From Squalus acanthias (Eukaryota): DNA of 64,000 nt. The stretch spans positions 173,974,001 through 174,038,000 of the forward strand of contig CM059425.1 in assembly GCA_030390025.1 (NCBI GenBank). The letters run 5' to 3'. Each line of letters opens with the position of its first letter. The first letter of the stretch is position 1. This document shows, piece by piece, positions 1 to 12,189 of this stretch. Made by a program: the position numbers and the translations under genes. The notes under the pieces are model-generated. The model saw only the letters and a program-made list of their open reading frames with translations, did no database searches and was not told the origin of the DNA.

Positions 1-843
1 GCAGCAGACATTTGCAGGATCTCGCAGTCGACCGCCCACAGATGCATCACCCAGGTGACCGATGTCATGTTTAATAAATCAGCCACCTATGTAAACTTTA
101 CCACTGATGAAGCCAGTGTGACTGAGTGGGTGCTCGGCTTTGCGGCTCTGGCTGGCTTCCCACAGGTGCAGGGCGTCATCGACTGCACACATGTGCCCAT
201 CAAGGCACCCCAAGATCACCCAGGAGTGTTTGTGAACCGTAAGGGCTTCTACCCCCTCAATGTACAGCTCGTCAGCAACCACAAAAAGATCATCATGCAT
301 GTGTGTGCCAGATTCCCAGGGAGCTGTCATGACTCTTTCGTCCTTCGCCAGTCCACCCTCCCTCAGCTCTTCGCACCTCTGACCAGACTTACCAGCTGGC
401 TGCTTAGAGACAAGGGTTATCCACTGAAGACGTGGCTGATGGCACCCTTGATGAGGCCAAGCAATGAGGCCGAGGGCACCCTTGATGAGGCCAGTCAATG
501 AGGCCGAGGAGCGCTATAATGAAAGCCACATGTCCACCAGATGTGTCATAGAGCAAGCAATCGGCATGCTGAAGATACGCTTCAGATGCTTTGACAGATC
601 TGGAGGAGCCCTTCAGTACTCACCAGCCAGGATCTCCAGAATGATCGTCATATTCTGCGCGCTGCACAACATAGCACAGCAGTGAGGATTGGACCTGCAG
701 GAGGAGCAAGGTGCAGAGCCTCCTCGGAGGAAGATGAGGAGGAGGAGCAGGTGGAGGAACCTGAGGTGCAGATGGCACCAGCAGTGGTGTGCATTGCTGC
801 GCGGGAGTCCCGGGATGGACTCATAATGGCACGATTTAGTTAG
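1..843 (+). pseudogene. Harbinger DDE transposase, decayed
   Basis: [52 protein letters not shown], acidic tail, GLIMARFS*; frameshifting 34-bp tandem duplication at 441-508. Confidence 0.9.
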
Positions 844-1101
844 GTTGCAGCAGTGCACCCATATGGCACCCAGATGCTGAAACAAATTCCCCCCGCCCAC
901 CCACCAAACCACAAAGCAGTCCTAAAATGACCAAACCATTCTTGTCACACACACCCATTGCTCGAGGTTAAGTAATGTCTTACCATTCACTCCAACTGAC
1001 AAGGCCACTTCCCAGTTAGCAGGCAAAAATGGACAAGATGGGAAAGTAGTGCAAAGAAATAAATTTATGCGGGTTATAAATAGAACTGAAACTTAACGCT
1101 G

Positions 1102-2310
1102 TCTTCTTCTTAGGCAGTCCCTCGGAACCGAGGATGACTTGCTTCCACACTGAAAATGAATTCTCAGGTGACTGATGAGTCCAATGCGGGACCTAAAGTC
1201 TCTGTTAGAGGTGGGGCAGACGGTGGTTGAAGGGGCGGGTGGGGTGCTTGGGTTGACGTGCGCTCCTTCCGCTGTTTGCGCTTGGCTTCCGCTTGCTCCC
1301 GGCGAAGAGACTCGAGGTGTTCGGCGCCTTCCCGGATGCTTCTCCACCTTGTGCGGTCTTGGGCCAGGGATTCCCAGGTGTCGATGGGTATGCTGCACTT
1401 TTTCAAGGAGGCTTTGAGGGTGTCCTTGAAGCGCTTCCTCTGCCCACCTGGGGCTCTCTTGCCGTGTCAGAGCTCAGAGTAGAGCGCTTGTTTTGGGAGG
1501 CTCGTATCGGACATGCGGACGATGTGGCCCATCCATCGGAGCTGATTGAGCGTGGTCAAAGCTTCAATGCGGGGGGATGTTGGCCTGAGGGAGAAGAGCG
1601 TTGGTGCGATGACAAAGCCTTGCTTGACCCCGGTCCGTACGTGAATTGGGTCTATGGTGGATCCATTGGTCAGGATCACGGCTTGCATGTCGTCGTGAAG
1701 CAGGCGGAGGATGGTGACAAACTTTTGAGGGCAGCCGAATTTGAGGAGGACGCTCCATAATCCCTCACGGTTGACGGTGTCGAAGGCCTTTGTGAGGTCA
1801 AAGAAGGCCATGTATAGCGGTTGTGCTGTTCCCTGCATTTCTCTTGTAGTTGACGTGCGGTGAAGATCATGTCCATTGTGCCCCTTAGTGGGTGGAATCC
1901 GCATTGCGACTCTGGGAGGAGCTCTTCAGCCACTGGGAGAAGACGATTGAGGAGGATTCTTGCAATGACTTTCCCTGTGGCAGACAGCAGGGAGACTCCT
2001 CTGTAATTACCGCAATCGGACTTGTCACCTTTCTTGAAGATGGTCACGATTACGGCGTCTCTGAGATCCCCTGGCATGCTCTCCTCATTCCAAATAAGAG
2101 AAATGAGTTCATGTATTCACGCCAATAGTGCTTCTCCGCCATGTTTTAGCGCCTCGGCGGGGATTCCGTCTGCTCCTGAGGCCTTGTTGTTCTTTAGTTG
2201 TCGGATGGCCTTTTCAACCTCATGCCGGGCTGGGGTTGTGCCGAGGTGCTGGCGAGTAGCATGCTGCGAGATGGAGTTGAGGACACTTGTGTCGAAGACA
2301 GAGTCTCAGT
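1102..2310 (-). mobile_element. RTE-clade LINE, 5' truncated and internally deleted, inserted between the two Harbinger genes
   Basis: KKGDKSDCGNYRGVSLLS, ESQCGF, FFDLTKAFDTVNREGLW, GVKQG, QLRWMGH, C-terminal SRIGLISH; (AGA)n tail near 1102-1110; YADD region deleted near 1585. Confidence 0.88.
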
Positions 2311-2357
2311 CTCACTGTAACATCTTGGAAAACACCCATGTGCATACCCTTGTGCAT

Positions 2358-4235
2358 CTACAATTGTGTCATTTTTCTTTTACTAGCGCTTCTACGATAT
2401 GCACCCCCTGTGGCTTTAGCAGAGGTAGAGGCAGGCTGCTCACTTCCCTGCTCTGACTGCTTAGACACTTTTGGTGGACGTCCTCTGGGTTTTGGAGCCT
2501 GTGAGGGCCCCGCCAAAGAGTGCTCCTCCTGCAACTGTGTAGGGGCAGATTCAGCCATCGGAATCTGAGGCAGCATGTGGGGCTCCGACTGATGGGGAGG
2601 CAATGGGGGTGAAGTGGGAGCGCTTTAACCAGAGCCCCCACTTCCATGTCCCCTCACCCCACCCCATCATCCCTCTCATGGGCCATCTGCACATCCCTGC
2701 TAGCAAGGAGCTGGAGAGCACCTTGCTGCACATCAGTGGGGCGATGAACGCCCAAGTCTAGGTTGGTACTCCTCCTAGATATGACTGCAATAAGAGTCTG
2801 CAAGCTGTTGTTCACAGCAAGCATGTTCACATTTGACTGGCACGTTTGCTCCTCCATGCAGGTGGCCACCTTTTCCATGGAAGAGCACATCATCGCCATC
2901 ACCTGCGACATGGTGCTGCTCATGTTGGAGATGGACTCCTCCATTCTCCCTACAATCGTGCACATTGCGGCTGGAAAAGCTGCCAGAGCCTCACGCATTT
3001 GTTGCTGCTCCTCCAAGATCAGCCTCTTTGTCGACGGCCCGAGGTTCAGCATCTGCATCCAGGCAAGCAGAGCTTGGAGTTTCCTGCGCCCTCCAACGAG
3101 GACTCTCCACTGCTGTCCCTGTCTCCACCATCTACTCTTGCTTACTTGTGATGTGTGACACACTAGGTGATAACACTACTCTCTCTCTCAGGACCCACCG
3201 ACGTGTGTGTATCTGCGCTGGTGCTGGGTGCGCATGGGTTTGGTGACCCTGCACCCTCAGAGACTGCATTTTTCTCTGAGGAGTTGTCTTCCTCCTCTGG
3301 CTGGACAGTGGGGGTAGGGGGGGCACTTGATGAACCTGTGGGAGAGTAAAGACATGAATTAGAACTGTTATGATAAGAACGTTGTAGGTTACCATTATGC
3401 ACATGATCATACTTCCCTGGCTGCTGACATGTCACCATGAGTGACTGTTGTATGCCATGCGGCTGTATCATATTTAATTCTGTCACCAGGTTGCTGGGTG
3501 TTTCCCCTCTCTCCATCTCCCACTGCTAGCAGCTATGCAACCCCACTTAATTCCAGCACCTCCTTCTCTGATGGCATCAATGCAATGGTGATTAGAGGTC
3601 CACCTCCGGTTCGCAGCCTCTCCCTGTTGTTCTGCGCTCTCTTCTTCAAGGAGGGAAACAAGAGAACTTTGAGTAAGAGTGATGGAATGAGTGTAAGGGA
3701 TGGATGGACTACATCTGTAGAGGGTGACTATGAGGGAGTGGCGTGGCATTGCCAAATGATCTCCTTCTGTGGCATTACTTTCTATGATTCTATGATTGCA
3801 TTAGGATGAGGGTGAGTGTCAGTGGTGGATAGTCAGATGGAGATGTGAGTAGGAGCATAGACAGTGAGGGATGGGTGCACCTGCAAGGTAGGTTGGAGTG
3901 AGGAGTGATGTGCAGGAGTAGGCTCGGGAAGGCAGAGTGATGGGGTTGGGATGACATGCACATCAGGATGTAGTTGAATATGGCATTATACTCACCTTTC
4001 CTGACCTCATGAGGTCATTAAATCGCTTCCTGCACTGCATCCAGGAGCGGCTGACAACAGTCCTGCTGCTCACTTCCTCGGCGATCTCCAGTCATTCTCT
4101 CTTTGTTTCATCTGCTGGCCTCTTCCTCCCGTCACCAGGGAAGAGGACCTCCATGTGGGCTCTCACTCCCTGGAGCAGGATTTCCAGGGAGGAATCAGTA
4201 AACCTGGGTTCAGCCTTTTACCGGTGAACCTGCAC
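2358..4235 (-). pseudogene. Harbinger Myb/SANT-like partner gene, three exons (about 4235-3996, 3645-3488, 3335-2358)
   Basis: Exon 1 PRFTDSSLEILL...RSWMQCRKRFNDLMRSGK|gtgag; exon 2 RTGGGP motif; exon 3 coiled-coil-like and basic C-terminus; stops and frameshifts. Confidence 0.82.
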
Positions 4236-4565
4236 CTTTGCTTAGAAATGGTTAAACCTTCACAGTCAAACTAATTGGTCTATCTCACAGCAACAGTTAA
4301 CTCTCAGACCAACCTCTGGACCAGCTCCAACAACCTTCAACTCTCATCTGTCCACTGTCCCTTTAATTAACTGAGCTGAAGTGGAGTCATCTGTGATGTC
4401 ATCAGATCTGCTCCAGTTAATTGGCCAAGAAACCCGCATGACTAACTCAGTGGGAGTACTTAAGTTAAAAACAGACTGCAGAGTGCACTGTTGGAACGTT
4501 CGGGATAGCGACCCACTACACGGCCCCCCCACACTCAACCCGATGCTAAGGTGAAAATTCAGCCC

Positions 4566-5690
4566 AACCTGTCTATCCCTTTGCAGGCTCTTCGTGTCCT
4601 CCTCACAGATTACTTTACCACCTAGCTTTGTATTGTTAGCTGACTTGGATACATTGCACTTGGTCCCTTCATCTACGTCGTTCATATAGATTGTGAATAG
4701 CTGAGGCCCAAGTACTGATCCTTGCGGCACCCCACTAGTTCTAGCCTGCCAACTGGAAACTGATCCGTTTATACCTACTCTCTGTTTTCTGTCCGTTAAC
4801 CAATCCTCTATCCATGCATATATATTACCCCCAACCCCATGAGCCCTTATCTTGCGTAGCAACCTTTTATGTGGCACCTTATCGAATGCCTTTTGGAAAT
4901 CCAAATATATTACATTCACTGGTTCCCCTTTATCTACCCTGCTAGTTCCATCCTCAAGAAACTCTAATAAATTTGTTAAACACAATTTCCCTTTCATAAA
5001 ACCAGGTTGACTGTGCCTAATCATATCATGATTTTCTAAGTGCCCTGTTACCACTTCCTTAATAATGGAGTTCAGCATTTTCCTGACGACTGATATCAGG
5101 CTAACTGGCCTGTAGATCCGTTTTTTCTCTCCTTCCTTTCTAGAATAGCAGGGGTTACATTTGCTACCTTCCAGTCCACTGGGACTGTTCTAGAATCTAG
5201 GGAATTTTGGAAGATCATAACCAATGGATCTACTATCTGCAGCCACCTCTTTTAGAACCCTAGGATGTAGGCCAGCAGGTCCAGGAGATTTGTTGGCTTT
5301 TAGTCCATTAGTTTCTCAAGTATTTTTTTCTCTACTGATACTAATTACTTTACGTTCCTCACTCTTATTAGTCCCTTGGTTCCCCACTATTTTTGGTATG
5401 CTTTTTGTGTCATCGACTGTGAAGACAGGTACAAAATATTTGTTTAAAGTCTCTGCCATTTCCTTATTCCCCATTATAATTTCTCCTGTCCCAGCCTCTA
5501 AGGCACCAACGCTTACTTTTGCTACTCGCTTCCTTTTTACATATTTGTAGAAGCTCTTACAATCTGTTTTTATATTTCTTGCTAGTTTACTCTCATTCTA
5601 TTTTCTCCCTTCTTATCAATTTTTTGGTCATCCTTTGCTGGTTTCTAAAGCTCTCCTAATCCTCAGGCTTACTACTATTCTTCGCAACAT
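4566..5690 (-). mobile_element. CR1 LINE ORF2 fragment, interrupted by Harbinger copy 1
   Basis: CLTNLLEF, YLDFQKAFDKVPH, SGVPQGSVLGPQLF; reading stops at the Harbinger TIR. Confidence 0.9.
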
Positions 5691-6309
5691 CAATAGATAA
5701 AAGTCCCCTTCCCATGTAAGAAGTCATGATGTCGCTCAACATTAAACAGCTTCTATTTCACCACTCCTGCTAGAAATTTGTTCACAATTCTACCATCTAC
5801 TTATTAAGAAAAAAATCCTATTTCTTTTGATACTCTTAAATTTAAAATGTATCCTCTATTCCTCGAATCTTGTGCCTGACAGAACTTGCCTGGTTCCAAA
5901 TTCTTCATACCTTTGAAAATGTTCTCTCAAGTCTGCAGAGAATACATTTTTTGCACATAACTCAGCCCTCTGAGTTCAGGAATCAGCCTCATACGCGTCC
6001 TCTAGATTCCGTCCAATAGTTCTACATCTTTCCTGTAATACATAGAACTAAACTGAACACAGTACTCCAGATGTAGCTTCACAATTCCATCATTTTATTT
6101 GCTTCCTTTACCATCTGCGAACATTGAATTGATAGTTTTAACAATCTATCCACCAAAATCCCCAGATCTCTTTCCTGCTTTGTTAACTCAAGCACGTTGA
6201 TAGTTAATATGTAATCCACGTTCTCGCTTTTAGTATCTAATCACATGACTTTTTACTAATTTGTGTTGAACTCCATTTCTTCTCATTGATTGGCCTGCCT
6301 AGATCCATA

Positions 6310-7027
6310 GGGCTCGATTTTGCCAGGCCCGAGGAGGTGGGAATGGAGGCGTGGGGTGTAAAAATTGCGGGTGGGCCCGACCCCGCCTCCGAGCAATTTT
6401 CCCAAATGCGTGGTTTCTGATCCCGTCTCCGTCCCGCCTCCAAGAGGCGGGATAGGCCCTTAAGGCCCTTAACAACCACTTAATTGCCTCTATAATCCCA
6501 TTTTGAGAGGCCTTTCTGATTTTAAGACTTTTCCGACGTGATGCACGTCTCCTCTGAAACATGACGGTGAAACCTGGCGGTAGCACACTTGAATTGCTGA
6601 CTATCAGCTGCAGGTCCATCATTAAGAAGGAGATTTGATCAATCATCATTCTGGGGGAACTTTTAGCAGTCATAACCATTGTTGTGGAAGTTTGGAGCCT
6701 GGAGTAGTAGTAGTGGTGGTGGTACAAAAAAAATCTGGGAGCAGACTTAGGTCTCCTGCTGCTCATTTTGCCTCCAGGTCCCTCTCACAGCAAAGGCCAA
6801 AAGCTTCCCAGTCTTTGCAGACCTTAAATGCAGCAGCAATGATGACATCATCAGAGGCGACTTTCAGACTGAAAAAACTAATTGGGTCATGGGTTCCCAC
6901 ATGCTGGAACTCAATTGCCCAATTAGGGGAAAATCGAATAATTCTCCCACATCCAATTGGAGTCGGGTGGCTAACACAAAAAGCGGATGACACGACCCCA
7001 GCCCGCCCCAGTGACAAAATTGAGCCC
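6310..7027 (+). mobile_element. Non-autonomous Harbinger (MITE), 718 bp
   Basis: TIRs gggctcgattttg / caaaattgagccc; 3-bp TSD ATA (6307-6309, 7028-7030). Confidence 0.88.
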
Positions 7028-7077
7028 ATAGTATACACCACCAGGACATCTTCCTCTTAAATGACCTACAGATATTT

Positions 7078-7330
7078 TAACAGAAAATGCTGGAAATACT
7101 CAGCAGGTCAGACAGTATCTGTAGAGAGAGAAACAGAGTTAACGTTTCAGGTCAATGACCCTTCATCAGAACTGGAAAAAGTTGGAGATGTAAAAGGGTT
7201 TTAAGCAAGTGTAGGGGCAGGGAGAGGGGGGAGGAGAGGAAATAACAAAAGGGAAGGTCTGTGATAGGATGGAAGGCAGGAGAGATTAAGAGACAAAAGG
7301 GATGATGGTGCAAGGCAAAAGGAGATGGAT
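7078..7330 (-). mobile_element. Penelope-like element 3' terminal fragment
   Basis: Reverse complement resembles the 3' end (about 26900-27130) of the Penelope copy in this window. Confidence 0.8.
7134..7175 (-). ncRNA. Minimal type I hammerhead ribozyme motif
   Basis: Minus strand ccagtt-CTGATGA-agggtcattgacct-GAAA-cgtt-aactctg: intact core, stem II, palindromic ACGT stem III, stem I agtt/aact. Confidence 0.75.
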
Positions 7331-8647
7331 TCCCTTTTGTTCATGTAAGAGAAAACAAAAGGAGCTATCAGATAGTGCCATGGCACAGACAATCAAGAGA
7401 AAAAGTCACATACATAAAAACATTCCCAGCATGCTGTCTTTTCAATATTTCCCAAGAGTTCCCAGATGCTGCAGACAATCCCTACAATATGTGGCTGGGC
7501 ATTCAGCTTATATTACTGCAGAGCTAAATCATTTTTCACTGCCGTGCTTGTTAGTGAAGCTGTCAGCCAAGGTGCTGTTATTTGACATATGATTGCTCGT
7601 CCTGTAATGTGCCATCTGAGCATTGTACTGAAATAATCATTTTTCACATAGACCAAGTATAGCTAAATAATTTGACAGGATACAATTTCAATTCTGTAGG
7701 TAAAGATTAATTCACATGTAATTTTAACACAATTTTACTCATAGCTGAAGGAGTGTTATTGTGACCTTTAATATATAAAAAGAGCAACGTGAGACATATT
7801 AAATCTCATTATTTATAAGACTACATTTACCGAGCATGTACTCCTGGTACAAAACCTGTCCTGCCAGGCACAGATATTGGAAAATTACATGCACACAGCC
7901 CATGATTTTCTGTGCAGTAAAATTAACAGACAGAAAATGAACAGCAAATCATAGGCAGCTTGTGTGTAGTTTTCCCTGACATGCATTCCTGGTGGGTAAA
8001 ACTAAGAACACTTAATCAGAAAATGTGCCCTATATATTCTAAAAGGATTTCACTTGACAAGAGGAAACAGATTTGTAGATGTTTAGTCCTGAGTTCCCTG
8101 AATAAATAATCCTATACCGTTAGCCCTACAGATTATGTAATTAGATTTTGTGCTTCAATCTCAGAACAACATAGCATTGTGATATTTTTTTCTATTTCCC
8201 ACAAAGTGCTTCTCTGCAAGATTGCCTATTTAATGCCATTTAGTGATGAATTGTTTATCCACTAAACCATCAGAGACTTAGCACAGACCAGTGATCGGTG
8301 CATTTACCCTCTAAACCAGGGTTGTCAAACTCATTTCATCTGGTGGGCCTACTACGACATCCTGACACTTGGCATTGGCCACATTCTGCAAAAGTTACTT
8401 GGACACACTGGGGTAGATATTGGTGTGCATTTCACCCATTTCTAGGCGTAAAACGTGCACAATGTATCTCAGTTTCTAGGCGCGAGATCCTGCACCTAAT
8501 CTGCGCTGGTTGACTGCCTGCCACCATATTGATCCTCACTTTTTAGGCGCCCTTGTGGTTGACTGAAATCAGTGTTGGATCAATTTACAGCTGCAAAGAA
8601 GGGCCCTGCACCTGTTTCAGGATCCATCTACAAAGTGCATGAAAAAC

Positions 8648-11300
8648 TACAACAACAACTTGCATTTATATAGCACCTTTAACGTAGTAAAGCGTCCAAG
8701 GCAATTCACATGAGCATTATCAAACAAAATTTGACACCGAGCCACATAAGAAGATATTATGACAGGTGAAAGAGGTAGGTTTTAAGGAGAGTCTTAAAGG
8801 AGGAGAGAGAGGTGGAGAGGTTTAGGGAGGGAATTCCAGAGCTTAGGGCCTAAGCAGCTGAAGGCAAGGCCGCCAATGGTGGAGCAATTAAAATTGGGGA
8901 TGTGCAAGAGGTCAGAATGGGAGGCGCGCAGAGATCTCGGAGGGTTGTAGGGCTGGAGGAGGTTGCAGAGAAAGGAAGGGGCGAGGTCATGGAGGGATTT
9001 GAAAACAAGGATGAGAATTTTAAAATTGAGGTGTTACCGGACTGGGAGCCAATGTAGGTCAGTGAGCACAGGGGTGATTGGTGAATGGGGCTTGGTGCGA
9101 GTTAGGATAGGGGCAGCAGAGTTTTGGATGAGCTCAAATTTATGGAGGGTTGAAGATCGGAGGCCACCAGGATATCATTAAGTCTAGAGGTAACAAAAGT
9201 ATGGATGAGGGTTTCAGCAGCAGATGAGCTGAGGCAGGGGCGGAGACAGGCGATGTTACGGAGATGGAAGTAGACGGTCTTGCTGATGGAGCGGTTATGG
9301 GGTCAAATAGGATGCCAAGGTTGCAAACGGTCTGGTTCAGTCTCAGACAGTGGCCAGGGAGAGGGATGGAGTTGACGGCTAGGGAACAGAGTTTGTGACG
9401 GGGACCGAAGACAGTGGCTTCGGTCTTCCCAATATTTAGTTAAAGGAAACTTCTGCTTATCCAGTACTGGATGTCGGACAGGCAGTGTGGTGGTGTGGCC
9501 CTTATCACCAAATCACACCTCGGCCTGTTCCCCTACTCCTCTGGCACCTTTTCCTCCTTTGAGCATCTCACCTTGTTCCAACCCTCTCGCCTCTCCTTTA
9601 AAATCCTCATTCTCTACCGCCCACCCAAGTACCATGCCAAGTTTCTCACTGAGATATCTTCACTGCTTTCGTCTCTCAGCCTCTTCACCAAGTGACTTCT
9701 CATCCTCAGTGATTTCAACCTCCATCTCAATTCAACATGCCCTCTCTCCTCTGAGTTCACAGCCCTCCTATCCTCCCTTAATCTCTCCCTCTATATAAAC
9801 TCCCCTACCCGTATTCACGGCCAACCCCTCGACATTGCCATCTCACGTGGCCTCTCTATTCCCATTGTGTCTATCACAGATAAGGCCAGCTCAGATCAGT
9901 TCCTTGTATCCCTCTCCCCTCGCATTCTCCTTCCCCCTCCCAGCCCCACTTCCTTCTATGTCCGGCCTGGAAAAAACTTTCCCCCGAATCACTTACAATG
10001 GCATTTTCAACTTCCCAACTGTCTAGCCTTTGGCCTTCCATTCACCACGACTTTTCTGTAGCTACTGCTCTATTCAATCACACCCCATCTCCTCCCTTTG
10101 TCCCCATTAAAACCATTACACTCTCACTCTGGTTGTTCCCCTGGTACGGCCCTCAACTCTGCTCCTTTATGTCCAATGGACGCAGACAAATGTTTATGGC
10201 GGACAAGTGGTTTAGCCATTCCTTGCCAGATCTGGCTGGACCACATAAAGCATTATCGGGTCGTGCTCTCCTCTGCCAAAACTGCTCACGATTCCAGGAT
10301 CATCCTGGAATGCAAAGATAACCCCCGGCTTCTCATCCCCACTACAAACTGTCTTCTTAAATCCCTCTCCCCTGCCCCCTCCACCCTCACCTTCAACAAC
10401 AAGTGTTCGGAGCTCATGGACTTCTTTGTCACTAAGATTGAGGCCACGTGTTCAGCTGCCTCTGCCGCTTCCCTCCCTCCCCCTAGCCACCAAGCCAAAC
10501 TTCGCCTAAGGTTCCTCCCTGCGCTTGCACTTTTCTCTAGGTGCTCTCCTATCTCCCCTTATGCCCCCTCTGAGCTCATCTTCTCTATGAGACCTACCTC
10601 CTGCTCCCTCAACCCTATTCCCACCAAACTGCTGGCCACCCATCTTCCCTTCCTGGCCTGCATGTTAGCTGATATTGTTAACAGTTCTCTCTCTTCAGGT
10701 ACTATCCCCCTCCCCTTCAAATCTGCCGCCATCACCCCTTTCCTCAAAAAACGCACCCTTAACCTCTCTGTCCTTGCAAACTACCGCCCCATCTCCAAAC
10801 TCACTTCTCTCTCCAAAGCCGTTGAACATGTTGCCACCTCCCAAATCCATGCCCATCTTTCCCACAATTCTATGTTTGAACCTCACCAATCACGTTTCCA
10901 CTTCTGCCACTGCACTGAAACGGCCCTTATCAAAGTCACAAATGACATCTTATATGACTCCATCAGCAAGACCGTCTACTTCTCAACCTGTCTGCAGCCT
11001 TTGACAAGGTTGACAACACCTTCCTCCTCCAATGCCTCTCCTCCATTGTCCAGTTGGGTGGGACTGCCCTCATCTGGTTCCATTCCTATCTATTCAGGTG
11101 TAGCCAGAGAATCACCTGCAACAGCTTCTCTTCCCGCTCCCACACTGTTATCTCTGGAGTCCCCCAAGGATCTATCCTTGGCCCCCTCCTATTTCTCATC
11201 TACATGCTGCCCCTCGGCGACATCATCCTAAAACACGTCAGGTTCCACATGTACGCTGCGACACCCAGCTCTACCTCACCATCACCTCTCTCGACCCCTC
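8648..11300 (-). mobile_element. L2 LINE with inverted 5' segment (3' part 8648-9489 on -, 5' part about 9490-11300 on +)
   Basis: L2-type 3' end (aacaacaacttgcatttatatagc); + segment encodes EN (LYRPP), ANYRPIS, TETALIKVTNDIL, SGVPQGSILGPLLF and a decayed YADD. Confidence 0.85.
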
Positions 11301-12189
11301 TCTCATTGGACTAGGTGGCGCATGCTTCATGCAAGGTCTGACTAGTTATTTCTGTTCTGTTTTGGTCTAACCAGCGGTCCTTAAAAGGACCTGGAAGCCA
11401 CTGCAGAAATGGTAGGGAATGAGTGCCTCTCCCAGCTCCCCAGCACTACTGTAGGCGGCTACCGGCCCACGCTCAACCCTCCAACATTTTCCATCACCCA
11501 CCTCCCAAGACTTACCAGTGATGCCACAGCCCCAAATTTGATCCCTGATGTCGGGCAAGCTGCCTTTGGAGGAGCGACAGGTCCGCAGGTCACCTGTATT
11601 ATTAAAATGAGGCCTGAGGCCCAATTTCAGATGAACCCCGAACCCCAATCTCCTGACCCCCATTCTCCAGTCTCCCTTACTCTCCCCGAGCCCCTTTCCC
11701 CAACCTCAAGTCCCGTCACTCTCTTTCCTCCCCCACCCCCACTCCAAATCCCAATTTCCTGAATCCCCCCAGCCCCAATCCCAGGGATTCAAAGGACTTA
11801 GTTGTTGATTCAGTTGGAAGAATTGTCAAATAAAGGCACAGAGTGACTACGAATGCAATGCTCAAGAGCATGCACTCTAAGATTCATTGATGTCGCATTT
11901 GGGGTGCTGCTATATGAAGTTTGTCAAAGGAGGGCTGCTATATTTGCCATTCTACAGCACCCTCCCCAGAGGAGAGCTGTTCAAAATGCATGGCAAAAGG
12001 TTGCCAAGAGATAAATGCTGTATCGAACTGAGAGAACATGAATCCAAATGAGAAAGAAGATTACAGACCTGAAGAAAGTTGCCAAAGTCAGCTACCCAGC
12101 AGTTTCGTATATCAAGTTGATGCCCACATATCCATGGCATAGAATGCTTTGTCAAACAGCCTTGTAGCTCTTTACATGCATAGCCATAC

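Larger units (their letters stand above)
1..4565 (+). mobile_element. PIF/Harbinger DNA transposon copy 1 (left end outside window)
   Basis: HARBI1-like transposase on +, convergent Myb/SANT gene on -, terminus gtgaaaattcagccc at 4551-4565 resembling the TIR of the 42199 element. Confidence 0.9.

Noticed and set aside
6635..7060. Shared ORF AAAMMTSSEATFRLK.. in the MITE copies as a novel peptide
   Set aside because: Starts and ends differ among copies and the similarity simply reflects repeat homology.
8316..8345. hAT-like terminus cagggttgtcaaactc (similar at 28890-28940)
   Set aside because: No partner TIR or 8-bp TSD could be identified.
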